DNA of 64,000 bases from an uncultured Actinomycetes bacterium (GTDB taxonomy: Bacteria; Actinomycetota; Thermoleophilia; RBG-16-64-13), in contig CAWJDT010000001.1 in the NCBI GenBank assembly GCA_963841735.1, positions 1,664,001 through 1,728,000 of the forward strand. Reading direction: 5' to 3'. The stretch's first letter is position 1; every line of letters starts with the position of its first letter. Shown here one piece after another: positions 45,149-53,941 of this stretch. The notes beneath the pieces were generated by a model. The model made no database searches and was not told where the DNA came from. It was given only the letters and a program-made list of their open reading frames with translations. Made by a program: the position numbers and the translations under genes.

Positions 45149-46055
45149 ATGGACGTGGAGACGCTTTATCTGAACGGGAGCTTCCTGCCCCTCTCCGAGG
45201 GTCGCATCCCCGTGGAAGACCGGGGCTTCGAGTTGGGCGACGGCGTGTACGAGGTGGTAAAGGTCATGAACCGCCAGGTGGTCTGGCCGGACGACCATCT
45301 GCAGCGGCTTGGACGGTCCCTGGCGGCGATCAGTCTGACTGAGGCCATCGTCGGTCACAAGCTCGAGGAGGTGCTCCCCGAACTTGTGACCCGCTCCGGG
45401 ATCGAACACGGTTGGGTGTATCTGCAGGTCACCAGGGGAGTCGCCGGCCGCGAGTTCGAGTTCCCCGCGAGTCCGCACCCCACGGTGCTCGCCTATGCCC
45501 GGGTCAACCCGGCGCCGACGATTGCGAAGATCCTGACCGGAACGGTGCTTCATCCCGTAGAAGACATCCGCTGGGCTCGTTGCGACATCAAGTCCACCAA
45601 CCTGCTGGCGGCTGTGCTGGCCAAGGAGGAGGCGCGGAGCGCGGGGGCTCGATGAGGCGCTCTTCGTCGCTCCCGACGGGACGGTGCGGGAGGGGGGTTC
45701 GTCCAACGTGTTCGCCGTGGTGGGCGGCGTCCTGCGGACACATCCGCTCAACAACCGCATTTTGGGCGGCATCACCCGTCTGCACGGTCTGCGCATGGCC
45801 CGCGCGGCGGGCTATAGGGTAGAGGAGCGGGCCTTCACTCTGGACGAGGTGACGTCTGATGCCGCCGTCGGATGTGAGGTCTTCACGGCCTCCACCACCA
45901 AAGACATCCTGCCCGTGGTCAGGATTGGAGCGCATTTGATCGGCAATGGGCGCCCCGGTCCGGTCACCTTGGCGCTTTTGGACATGATGCGCCGGGAGCA
46001 GGCTCTGTTCGTGGGGTTGGAGCCCCCCGCTCCGCTGGCGCTCGAGTCTCGCTGA
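45149..46055 (+). CDS. Class IV aminotransferase, D-amino-acid transaminase-like (frameshift near 45650)
   Basis: DRGFELGDGVYEV, YLQVTRG, RCDIKSTNLL, EGGSSNVF, ILGGIT, STTK. Confidence 0.88.
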
Positions 46056-47025
46056 CCGCCGGCGCGGCCCCCGGGGACGCGCGCACCTGGCTCTCGCCGG
46101 GAGCCTGGTGCCGCATCGTCTTTACGATGTCTATCTCCGCCGCGGTGGGGCCGTGTTTGTCGGGCCCCGGCACCTCGAGCACGAACGGGACAGTGACCAA
46201 GGCCGGATGTCGGACCACACGGGCAAGACCTGCCCGGCCGATGAGTCCGAGCCCAGGGTTCTCGTGCCGGTCGTGCTTGGAAGCGAAGGGGGCACCCGAG
46301 TCGTTTAGATGGACCAGCCCTACGCGCTGAAGTAGATCCAGCCGCCGGAGGTCGCCGAACAGCGACTCCACCCCTTTTGCCTGGTGTATGGAGTGCCCGG
46401 CTGCAAACAGGTGGGCGGTGTCCAGACATAGGCCCACAGACGCCGGCAATGCAGCCAGCAGGAGTGCCAAGTCCTCGAGACTGTCCCCGATGGTGGACCC
46501 CGAGCCCGAGCCGCTCTCCAAGAGCAGGGGAGGAAGCTCCCCTGGGGCCTCTCCGCCACTAGGCAGAGCGGCCAGAGTGTGGGCGGAGGCCGCGATCGCG
46601 GCGATCGCGGCGTCGGTCACCAGTATGGACGCGCGGTCGAACCCCTCACCCCGATGCGAGCCGATGTGGGTGACTACCCCAGCCGCCCCGGCCAGGGCGC
46701 CGGTCACCAGCGCGTGTGCCAGGGCTTCTACCGAGTGTCCCCTGAGTGTCTCGTCGGGAGAGGCCAGGTTGATAAGGTAGATGGAGTGAAAGAACAAGGG
46801 AAGCTTGAGTTCGCGGAGACGCGCGCCCAAGCGCTGCAACTCTGCGCGATCTGGTGGGTCCATCTGCCACCTACGGGGGTTGGAACTGAAGACCTGTACG
46901 GCTTCGGCCCCCATGGCCAGAGCCCGGGCGGGTACCGCTGCAAATCCGCCCGCTGTGGATATCTGGCCTCCGATGAGGGGGAGGTTCGCGCTGCATCGGT
47001 CCGGCGCGCCGCTTGGTTTGGGCAT
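45964..47025 (-). CDS. nfo: Endonuclease IV (AP endonuclease)
   Basis: QVFSSNPR, HSIYLINLAS, HIGS, LLE, CLDTAH, HLNDS, DRHE. Confidence 0.92.
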   Translation of the reverse strand: MPKPSGAPDRCSANLPLIGGQISTAGGFAAVPARALAMGAEAVQVFSSNPRRWQMDPPDRAELQRLGARLRELKLPLFFHSIYLINLASPDETLRGHSVEALAHALVTGALAGAAGVVTHIGSHRGEGFDRASILVTDAAIAAIAASAHTLAALPSGGEAPGELPPLLLESGSGSGSTIGDSLEDLALLLAALPASVGLCLDTAHLFAAGHSIHQAKGVESLFGDLRRLDLLQRVGLVHLNDSGAPFASKHDRHENPGLGLIGRAGLARVVRHPALVTVPFVLEVPGPDKHGPTAAEIDIVKTMRHQAPGESQVRASPGAAPAVSETRAPAERGAPTPRTEPAPGASCPKAPR

Positions 47026-47086
47026 GTTGGGTGAGCCCTCTCATGTCGGGTGATTTCGTCCCCTGGCGCAGAGGATATACAATCGG

Positions 47087-47163
47087 GGCGACCGGCGACC
47101 GGCGACCGGCGACCGGCGACCGGCGACCGGCGACCGACGACCGGCGACCGGCGACCGGCGACC
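47087..47163 (+). repeat. Heptamer tandem repeat (GGCGACC)x11
   Basis: Ten exact units plus one GACGACC, starting 3 nt after a TACAAT -10-like box. Confidence 0.95.
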
Positions 47164-47205
47164 GACCATCCCTAGCGCCGGCGACAAGGCCGGCAGGGGG
47201 CCAGC

Positions 47206-48511
47206 ATGAAGCGAGGCGGGGCCACGGATGAACAGGGCGGGGCCATCCCCAAGCGCGCCGTCCGCGACGGCGCCAACGCTGTCGTCCGCGGCAGCGGGGG
47301 ACCAGCCGCATGTGCCCGCATCACTCCCGGCGCGGCGGGACTGGCCGTGTGGGCCCTCGAGCCCTATTTCGGCGGTTCGCATCGGTCGTTTCTGGAGGGT
47401 CTAGCCTGCTACTCGAGCCATGAAGTCGCTCTTCTCACCATGCCGGGGCGCAACTGGAAGTGGCGTATGCACGGAGGGGCCCTGACTCTGGCCCGGCGCG
47501 CGCTGGAACGACATCGGGAGACGGGCGAGCCGCCTCAGGTCTTCGTGGCCTCCGACATGCTCGATCTGCCGGTTCTTTTGGCCGCCGTGACCCCGACCCT
47601 CGGGCGGATCCCTACACTTCTCTACTTCCACGAGAATCAACTTACGTATCCCCTGCCGCCAGGAGTAGAGCGCGATCTCGGCTACGGGTTCAAGAACCTG
47701 GCCGGGGCGCTGTTGGCTGACATTGTCTTGTTCAACAGTGAGTTCCACCGGAGGGAGTTCCTAGCGGCGGCGTCCGATCTACTTGCCGCGATGCCTGACG
47801 AAGTGCCCTCCTGGGTAATGGGGGAGGTTGAAGCTCGAGCGAGCGTGCTTCCGGTGGGATGCGATCTTCGCCGTTTTGAGTGCCACCGGGCCCGGGCCCT
47901 TGCCGAGTCGGCCGGCGGACGATGGGGTGACCCGAGCAGACGGGCCCCTGCTTCTCTGGAATCAGCGCTGGGAGTACGACAAGGCGCCTGAAGAGCTGTT
48001 CCGGGCCCTATACGAGTTGAAGGCGGCTGGGACGCCCTTCCGCCTGGCGATGGCTGGGACGAACCAGGGCACTCCCACAGCCGTCTTCTTGCGGGCCAAG
48101 GAAGAGTTGGCCGACCATGTTGTGCAGTGGGGCAAGGTGGGGAAGGCCGCCGACTACGCCTCGCTCCTGTGGGCCGCCGATGTGGTGGTCTCCACCGCCG
48201 TCCACGAGTTCTTCGGTATCGCCGTGGTGGAAGCCATGTATTGCGGGTGTCGGCCGGTCTTGCCCAACAGGTTGAGCTACCCAGAACTGGTGCCGCGGGA
48301 GATGTACGCCGAAGTGCTCTACGAGCACACCGGGCTGGTGGCTGCGCTGGGGAGGGCATTGGCGCAGCCACGCGCCTGGCCGGAGGACTGGCAGCGCGCT
48401 TGGGTGGCCCGGTTCGACTGGGGCAGCCTGCGGACCCGCTATGATGAACACATCAGACAGTGTTGGGAGAGCGCTACGCGCCGGCGGGAACCTATGTGTC
48501 CCGGGCGGTAG
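47206..48511 (+). CDS. DUF3524 GT-B glycosyltransferase (GTDC1/QTMAN-like; frameshift near 47940)
   Basis: LEPYFGGSH, WKWRM, YFHENQLTYP, FNSEFH, WNQRWEYDK, STAVHEFFG, LSYPE. Confidence 0.85.
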
Positions 48512-48531
48512 CCGGACGGAGGAAGATAACA

Positions 48532-49908
48532 GTGGACGGGCTCTCGCTTGATATTGGGCGCTGTATGGCGGGCGCGGCGGGGATGAAAGGGCTGACCCCC
48601 GAGTTGCAGGCCGACTTGGCCCCGCGGCTCGAAGAGGCCCGCAGGGCGCTGCTGGCCAGGGCGGGCACCGGCATGCTGGGTTGGACGGATTTGCCACTGC
48701 AGGATCCCAAACAGTACCTGGATTTTGCGGACTCCGCAGCGGGTGGCTACGAGTGTCTTCTGGTCATCGGGATCGGGGGGTCGGCTCTCGGGGCGACGGC
48801 GCTGGCGACCGCGCTCCTGCCCTTCTTCTGGAATGAGCTGAGCCCGGAAGAACGCAGGGGGCGTCCGCGCCTATATGTGCTCGACAACGTCGACCCCGAC
48901 GAGATGGCCGCTCTGCTTGGGCGCTTGGATGCGAAGCGCGCATTGGTGAATGTGATCTCCAAATCGGGTAGTACGGGCGAATCTATGGCTGGGTACCTGG
49001 TGACCAAAGAGTGTCTGGAGGCGGCCGTAGGCGCAACCGCGCTCAAAGAGCATCTCGTGTTCACCACCGATCCGGCAAAGGGGACGTTGCGCCCCATCGG
49101 TGACGCGCTGGGTGTGCCCATGTTCGATCTTCCGGCGGGAGTGGGCGGACGTTTCTCGGTGCTTTCGGCGGTGGGGCTGCTGCCGGCGGCCCTCACCGGT
49201 ATGGACGTCGCGGCGTTGCTCGCGGGCGCTCGGGACATGGCCGAGACCATCGCGCATACTGAGGCGTGGGACAACCCCGCGTGCGTCTTTGCGGGCGTGC
49301 ACTATCTCCAAGACACAGCCCTGGGGCGACGGGTGAGCGTGATGATGCCGTATTCGGCTCGGCTGCGGGATGTGGCCGACTGGTACAGGCAACTCTGGGC
49401 GGAGAGCCTGGGCAAAGCCGTGGACCGGCAGGGCAAGATCGTGCATACGGGCCCGCTACCGGTTAAAGCGCTCGGGGTCACCGACCAACATTCCCAACTA
49501 CAACTCTATGCGGAGGGGCCGGACGATAAGGTGTTCACCTTCCTCGGCGTGGGGGAGTTCTCCGAGGAGATGCTCATTCCTGCCCCGGGACCGGAGGCGG
49601 CGTCGCTTGCCTACCTGGGCGGCCACACTGTGGCCGAGTTGATGTGGGCGGAACAGAAATCCACCGCGTGGGCTCTGGCCGAGAAGGGCCGGCCGTCGCT
49701 CACCATCACTCTGCCCCGGGCGGATGCCTATTCCCTAGGGGGGCTTCTCTACATGCTCGAGATGGCCACCGCTGTGGCGGGGGAGTTGTATGACGTCGAT
49801 GCCTTCGACCAGCCGGGGGTGGAGCTCAGCAAGGAAGCCACGTACGCTCTAATGGGGCGGCCCGGCTACGAGGCTCTGGCCAAGGAGATAGGCGGGGGCG
49901 ACCAGTAG
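48532..49908 (+). CDS. pgi: Glucose-6-phosphate isomerase
   Basis: GIGGSALG, SKSGSTGE, GGRFSV, QLWAESLGK, DQHSQLQ, FDQPGVE.SK. Confidence 0.95.
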   Translation: MDGLSLDIGRCMAGAAGMKGLTPELQADLAPRLEEARRALLARAGTGMLGWTDLPLQDPKQYLDFADSAAGGYECLLVIGIGGSALGATALATALLPFFWNELSPEERRGRPRLYVLDNVDPDEMAALLGRLDAKRALVNVISKSGSTGESMAGYLVTKECLEAAVGATALKEHLVFTTDPAKGTLRPIGDALGVPMFDLPAGVGGRFSVLSAVGLLPAALTGMDVAALLAGARDMAETIAHTEAWDNPACVFAGVHYLQDTALGRRVSVMMPYSARLRDVADWYRQLWAESLGKAVDRQGKIVHTGPLPVKALGVTDQHSQLQLYAEGPDDKVFTFLGVGEFSEEMLIPAPGPEAASLAYLGGHTVAELMWAEQKSTAWALAEKGRPSLTITLPRADAYSLGGLLYMLEMATAVAGELYDVDAFDQPGVELSKEATYALMGRPGYEALAKEIGGGDQ

Positions 49909-49959
49909 GAGACGAGGTCGCGCCCGGCGCCTGCGCAGGCGCCGTTCCCCAACAGAGGA

Positions 49960-50024
49960 GAGGCACCCACGTGCCCTCGCGAAAGCTCGCACTGCGCTGT
50001 TTCGCGAGGGCACGTGGGTGCCTC
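49960..50024. repeat. Perfect 25-bp inverted repeat with a 15-nt loop
   Basis: GAGGCACCCACGTGCCCTCGCGAAA ... TTTCGCGAGGGCACGTGGGTGCCTC. Confidence 0.9.
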
Positions 50025-50030
50025 GACCCC

Positions 50031-50059
50031 TTGGCGCCGAACATATGTGTGGCTATGCT
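50031..50059 (+). promoter_or_regulatory. dinB promoter with a LexA (SOS)-like box in the spacer
   Basis: TTGGCG-N17-TATGCT; CGAACATATGTGTG (50038-50051) versus consensus CGAAC-N4-GTTCG. Confidence 0.6.
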
Positions 50060-50066
50060 GAGGGCT

Positions 50067-51281
50067 ATGGACGCGCGGGAGCATATCGTTCGGCCGCGGG
50101 CCGCTCACCGGGTCATCGCCCACCTTGACTTCGACGCCTTCTTCGCCGCGGTGGAGGAGAATCGCGACCCCTCGCTGCGGGGCAAGCCGGTCATCGTCGG
50201 GGGTGGCGAGCGGGGAGTGGTGTCCACCGCCAACTACGTGGCCCGGCGGTACGGCGTCCATTCGGCCATGCCGCTCCGCACCGCCAGGCGCCTCTGCCCG
50301 CACGGGGTGTATCTCACCGGGCATCATCAGCTCTACTACGAATACTCCCGCAGGCTCATGGCTATGTTGGATGAGTACTCTCCACTCGTGGAGAAGATGA
50401 GCCTAGACGAGGCCTACGTGGACCTTACCGGCACAGAGGGGCTGTTCGGTCCCCCGGTGGAGACGGCCCGGCTCATTCAGCGCCGGGTGGTCGATGAGCT
50501 CGACTTAAGCATCTCTGTCGGGGTGGCCGCCAACAAGCTACTGGCCAAGGTGGCTTCCGACTACGATAAGCCTGGAGGCTTTACCGTGATCCCCCTGGGC
50601 AAGGAGGCGGAGTTTCTAGCGCCGCTACCGGTGGAGCGCCTTCCTGGAGTAGGTCCGGCCCTGCTTGCCCAACTGCGAGACAGGGGGGTAGTCACTGTGG
50701 GTGATCTGGCTCAGGTTCCGCCCCATCTTCTGCGACTGTCGTTCGGGGAGATGGGGGAGATGCTCGCTCACCGGGCCAGGGGCGAGGATCTGGGCCGGGT
50801 GGCTCCGCGAGAGGAGGTCAAGTCCATCTCTCGCGAGCACACCTTCGACGAGGACGTTTCCGATATGGGCATCATCGAGTCGACCCTGGTGGCGCTCACC
50901 GAGGACGTATGCCGGCGCCTCCGGCGCAGACGCCTGGAGGCACGCACGGTGACGGTCAAGATCCGCTACGCCGACTTTGTCACCCACACCTGTTCCCACA
51001 CTCTGAACCGGCCCATGGATGTGGACGAAGTCCTTTTCGAGGAGGCTCTGGCTCTCTTCCGGCAGGGTCGGCGGCGGCGCTACCATCTGCGTTTGGTGGG
51101 GGTGGGACTCACCAACCTGGCGCCCCGTGCTTGGCAGGACGACCTTTTCGACCAAGAACTGCCCCTCCTGCGCGAGCTGGACCTCAAGCTGGACACCATT
51201 CGCGAGAAGTACGGCAAAGATGCGGTTCGACGGGGGGCGGCACTGCCCCGTGACGATCACTGCGATTCGAGCCGGGGCTAG
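50067..51281 (+). CDS. dinB: DNA polymerase IV
   Basis: HLDFDAFFAAVE, YVARRYGV, SLDEAY, NKLLAK.ASD..KP, KSISRE.TF. Confidence 0.95.
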   Translation: MDAREHIVRPRAAHRVIAHLDFDAFFAAVEENRDPSLRGKPVIVGGGERGVVSTANYVARRYGVHSAMPLRTARRLCPHGVYLTGHHQLYYEYSRRLMAMLDEYSPLVEKMSLDEAYVDLTGTEGLFGPPVETARLIQRRVVDELDLSISVGVAANKLLAKVASDYDKPGGFTVIPLGKEAEFLAPLPVERLPGVGPALLAQLRDRGVVTVGDLAQVPPHLLRLSFGEMGEMLAHRARGEDLGRVAPREEVKSISREHTFDEDVSDMGIIESTLVALTEDVCRRLRRRRLEARTVTVKIRYADFVTHTCSHTLNRPMDVDEVLFEEALALFRQGRRRRYHLRLVGVGLTNLAPRAWQDDLFDQELPLLRELDLKLDTIREKYGKDAVRRGAALPRDDHCDSSRG

Positions 51282-51324
51282 GACCTTCCGCGGCCGGGTG
51301 GCAGCCCCCGATGGGGCCGGGCGG

Positions 51325-52111
51325 CTATGGGGTCTGCTCGAAGACGCGTACCTCAGAGAGGGCTGTATCCTCCCACTGATCGCCCTCGTAGACCGAGACG
51401 ATGGTCAGTTTCACCCAATCTACCGCCTCGGTGGTTCCCGGCTTGATGCTCTGAGGCTCCGTGGAATCGGCCAGGTCGATTAGCTCGCTCATCCCGTTGG
51501 AGTATTCCACCTTGACGGCCTTGACCCGGGGATTGCCCTGGAAGCGCTCCTCATCTTTCTGACAACCGTTTGCAATCTCGATGCGTGCGATCGTCACTGG
51601 TCGGGAGAAATCGAAGCGCACCCACTCGCCCAGGCCGGGGCCGGCGGCCCCCTCCTCCCACGCGGTGGTGAGATCTCCGTCGATTAGATTGGTGGCCCGA
51701 TAGCTGTTGGTCGAAGTGGCCTTGAGCGCCGAGGAAGCGTCCGCGGCTGTGGGGCGTACCTGGATGGGGGCCAATGTGGTCGATGTATCGCTATCGGGGT
51801 TGTCGGAAATTTGGGAGGAAGTCGTCCCGATGGTGGCCGGGGTACCCACCTGCCCTGCGTAGGGTTCGATGTTCTCTGTGGTCTGTAGCGAGCCGTGGAT
51901 GATAAGGCCCAGCGTGATGGTGAGCACCGTCAAGCCAAGCAGGAGAGCGATGCCCATGGCGACCCCGGCGGCCGTGACCCGCGTGCGTCTGCGCCTAGAT
52001 CCTCCGTGGAGTCGGTCCGTACAGAGACGCCCCACAGCGGCCGCAGAACAGGGCCCGGGGCTCGTTCAGCGCCCGGCATTCGTTGCATCTGATGAATCTG
52101 TCTTCGCTCAC
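51325..52111 (-). CDS. Zinc-ribbon / TM / discoidin-like (glycan-binding-type) membrane protein (frameshift near 52015)
   Basis: N-terminal CNEC...FCGRCG in one frame, then a TM and a domain with NLIDGDLTTAWEEG...GEWV...LSEV. Confidence 0.7.
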
Positions 52112-52312
52112 GTCAGCGTGCGGTCCCTCAGATGGCCAAATCTCATTAAAGCCCCCTTCGCAAGTCATTATGGCAAAATGACGGAGTTTTCCCCAACATT
52201 GTTCACGCAGGCTTGTGTTCCTGCTTGCCTTGCCTGTCCGCGGTGGGGTCAGGACGGCCCTCTGATAGAATCTGAACGTCCGTCCCATGTGAGCGCCCGC
52301 GGAGAGTGAGCG

Positions 52313-53197
52313 ATGGCTGATCTCGACAATGTCAAGGAATCCAAGAACTATTATCTCGATATCCCGCAGAAGAACCAGGCCTTCTTCGTGAAGGGCTCCG
52401 GTGCGCTTGACTGGGGCATGCAGAATCGTCTTGCCCGTATCTTTCGGCCCGAGTCGGGCCGCACAGTCATGCTGGCCGTGGATCACGGTTACTTCCAGGG
52501 TCCCACCTCCGGCTTGGAGCGGGTGGACGTCAACATCGTCCCGTTGGCTCCCTATGCCGACGCCCTCATGCTCACCCGGGGAATCCTGCGCAGCGTGGTG
52601 CCGCCCGCCTACAACAAGGGCGTGGTGCTGCGTGCCAGCGGCGGGCCCAGCATCCTCAAGGAGCTCTCCAACGAGCAACTGGCCCTGGACATCGAAGACG
52701 CCCTGCGACTGAACGCCGCGGCCATGGCGGTGCAGGTGTTCATCGGAGGCGAGTACGAGACTCAGTCCATTCACAACCTGACGCGGCTGGTGGACATGGG
52801 CAACCGGCACGGCATGCCCGTGCTGGGAGTCACCGCTGTTGGCAAGAGTATGACCCGCGATGCCCGCTACTTCCGGCTGGCGTGCCGTATCGCCGCCGAA
52901 CTGGGGGCGCATTTCGTCAAGACCTACTACGTGGACGAGGATTTCGAGACCATCACTTCCTCGTGCCCGGTGCCCATCGTCATGGCCGGGGGCAAGAAGC
53001 TCCCCGAACTCGAGGCTCTGACCATGGCCTACAAGGCGATCAGCGAAGGAGCCTCTGGGGTCGACATGGGCCGCAATATCTTCCAGTCGGAGGCTCCATT
53101 CGCCATGATACAGGCGGTAAGTAAGGTGGTGCACGAGTCCATGAAGCCCCAAGAAGCTTACGAGCTTTATTTGACCCTGAAGAGCGAGAAGAAGTAG
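52313..53197 (+). CDS. lsrF: LsrF-type thiolase / class I aldolase family
   Basis: [45 protein letters not shown]. Confidence 0.9.
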   Translation: MADLDNVKESKNYYLDIPQKNQAFFVKGSGALDWGMQNRLARIFRPESGRTVMLAVDHGYFQGPTSGLERVDVNIVPLAPYADALMLTRGILRSVVPPAYNKGVVLRASGGPSILKELSNEQLALDIEDALRLNAAAMAVQVFIGGEYETQSIHNLTRLVDMGNRHGMPVLGVTAVGKSMTRDARYFRLACRIAAELGAHFVKTYYVDEDFETITSSCPVPIVMAGGKKLPELEALTMAYKAISEGASGVDMGRNIFQSEAPFAMIQAVSKVVHESMKPQEAYELYLTLKSEKK

Positions 53198-53203
53198 ATC
53201 GGA

Positions 53204-53941
53204 GTGGAAGGCGGCCCGGTGAGCGGCGCACCAAGCACTACCCTCGCCAGGCTGCGGGCGCTCTGTCCCACGGTGAGCGTGGGGATCCTCAGCGCCGATC
53301 TCATGGACTTGGGCTCGGAGCTGGCGCTCTTGGAGCAGGCCGGGGTGGGGGTGGTGCACGTGGACGTGATGGACGGTTGCTTCTGTCCGCAACTTACCGT
53401 TGGAGCCGTCTATGTGAAGGGGCTGCGCACTCCGCTGCTCAAGGACGTGCACCTCATGGTGCAGGAGCCGCTGGATTACCTTGCCGACTACGTGGCTGCC
53501 GGCGCCGATATAGTCACGGTGCACATTGAGGCGGCGGTGCATATCCATAGGGTGCTGCAGCGCCTCGGGGGCATGGAACACAGCGCCGGGCCCGGCCGGG
53601 GGATTGTTCGGGGGCTGGCGCTCAACCCAGGTACCCCGCTGGAATGGCTGACGCCGCCCCTGCTGGATGAGCTGGATATGATCTCGCTTCTGGGCATCGA
53701 TCCGGGCTGGAGTGGGCAGAAGTTTGCTCCCCGCACGCTGGAGCGGGTAGCCCGGGTGAAGGAGATGGCGGAGGCCTCCGGCAAGGACATCCTGGTATGC
53801 GTTGACGGAGGCATCACGCGTGACAACATCGCCGCGGTGGCGGCGGCCGGCGCCGATCTGGTCGCGGCCGGCAGCGCGGTCTTCGATGGCCAAGCGGCCG
53901 CTGCGAACGCCCACTACGTGCTTGAGGCGGTGCGGGGCTGA
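53204..53941 (+). CDS. Ribulose-phosphate 3-epimerase family (LsrE-like)
   Basis: ILSAD, HVDVMDG.F.P, DVHLMV, NPGTP, VDGGI, GSAVF. Confidence 0.88.
   Translation: MEGGPVSGAPSTTLARLRALCPTVSVGILSADLMDLGSELALLEQAGVGVVHVDVMDGCFCPQLTVGAVYVKGLRTPLLKDVHLMVQEPLDYLADYVAAGADIVTVHIEAAVHIHRVLQRLGGMEHSAGPGRGIVRGLALNPGTPLEWLTPPLLDELDMISLLGIDPGWSGQKFAPRTLERVARVKEMAEASGKDILVCVDGGITRDNIAAVAAAGADLVAAGSAVFDGQAAAANAHYVLEAVRG

Noticed and set aside
45964-46055. 92-bp convergent overlap of nfo and the aminotransferase
   Set aside because: The overlapping nfo tail is low-complexity and beyond the catalytic domain; likely a stop-codon drift or an indel artefact.
47013-47382. ORFs with RRSPVAG or ATGDRRP repeats, and a possible CRISPR array
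   Set aside because: They are translations of the heptamer tandem repeat; there are no spacers or cas genes.
51995-53914. Long antisense ORFs (also 6184-7713, 21061-22866, 54979-56295, 61510-63525)
   Set aside because: These are shadows of high-GC coding strands. Only the last ~35 codons of 51995-53914 are real, as the zinc-ribbon start of the 52111 gene.
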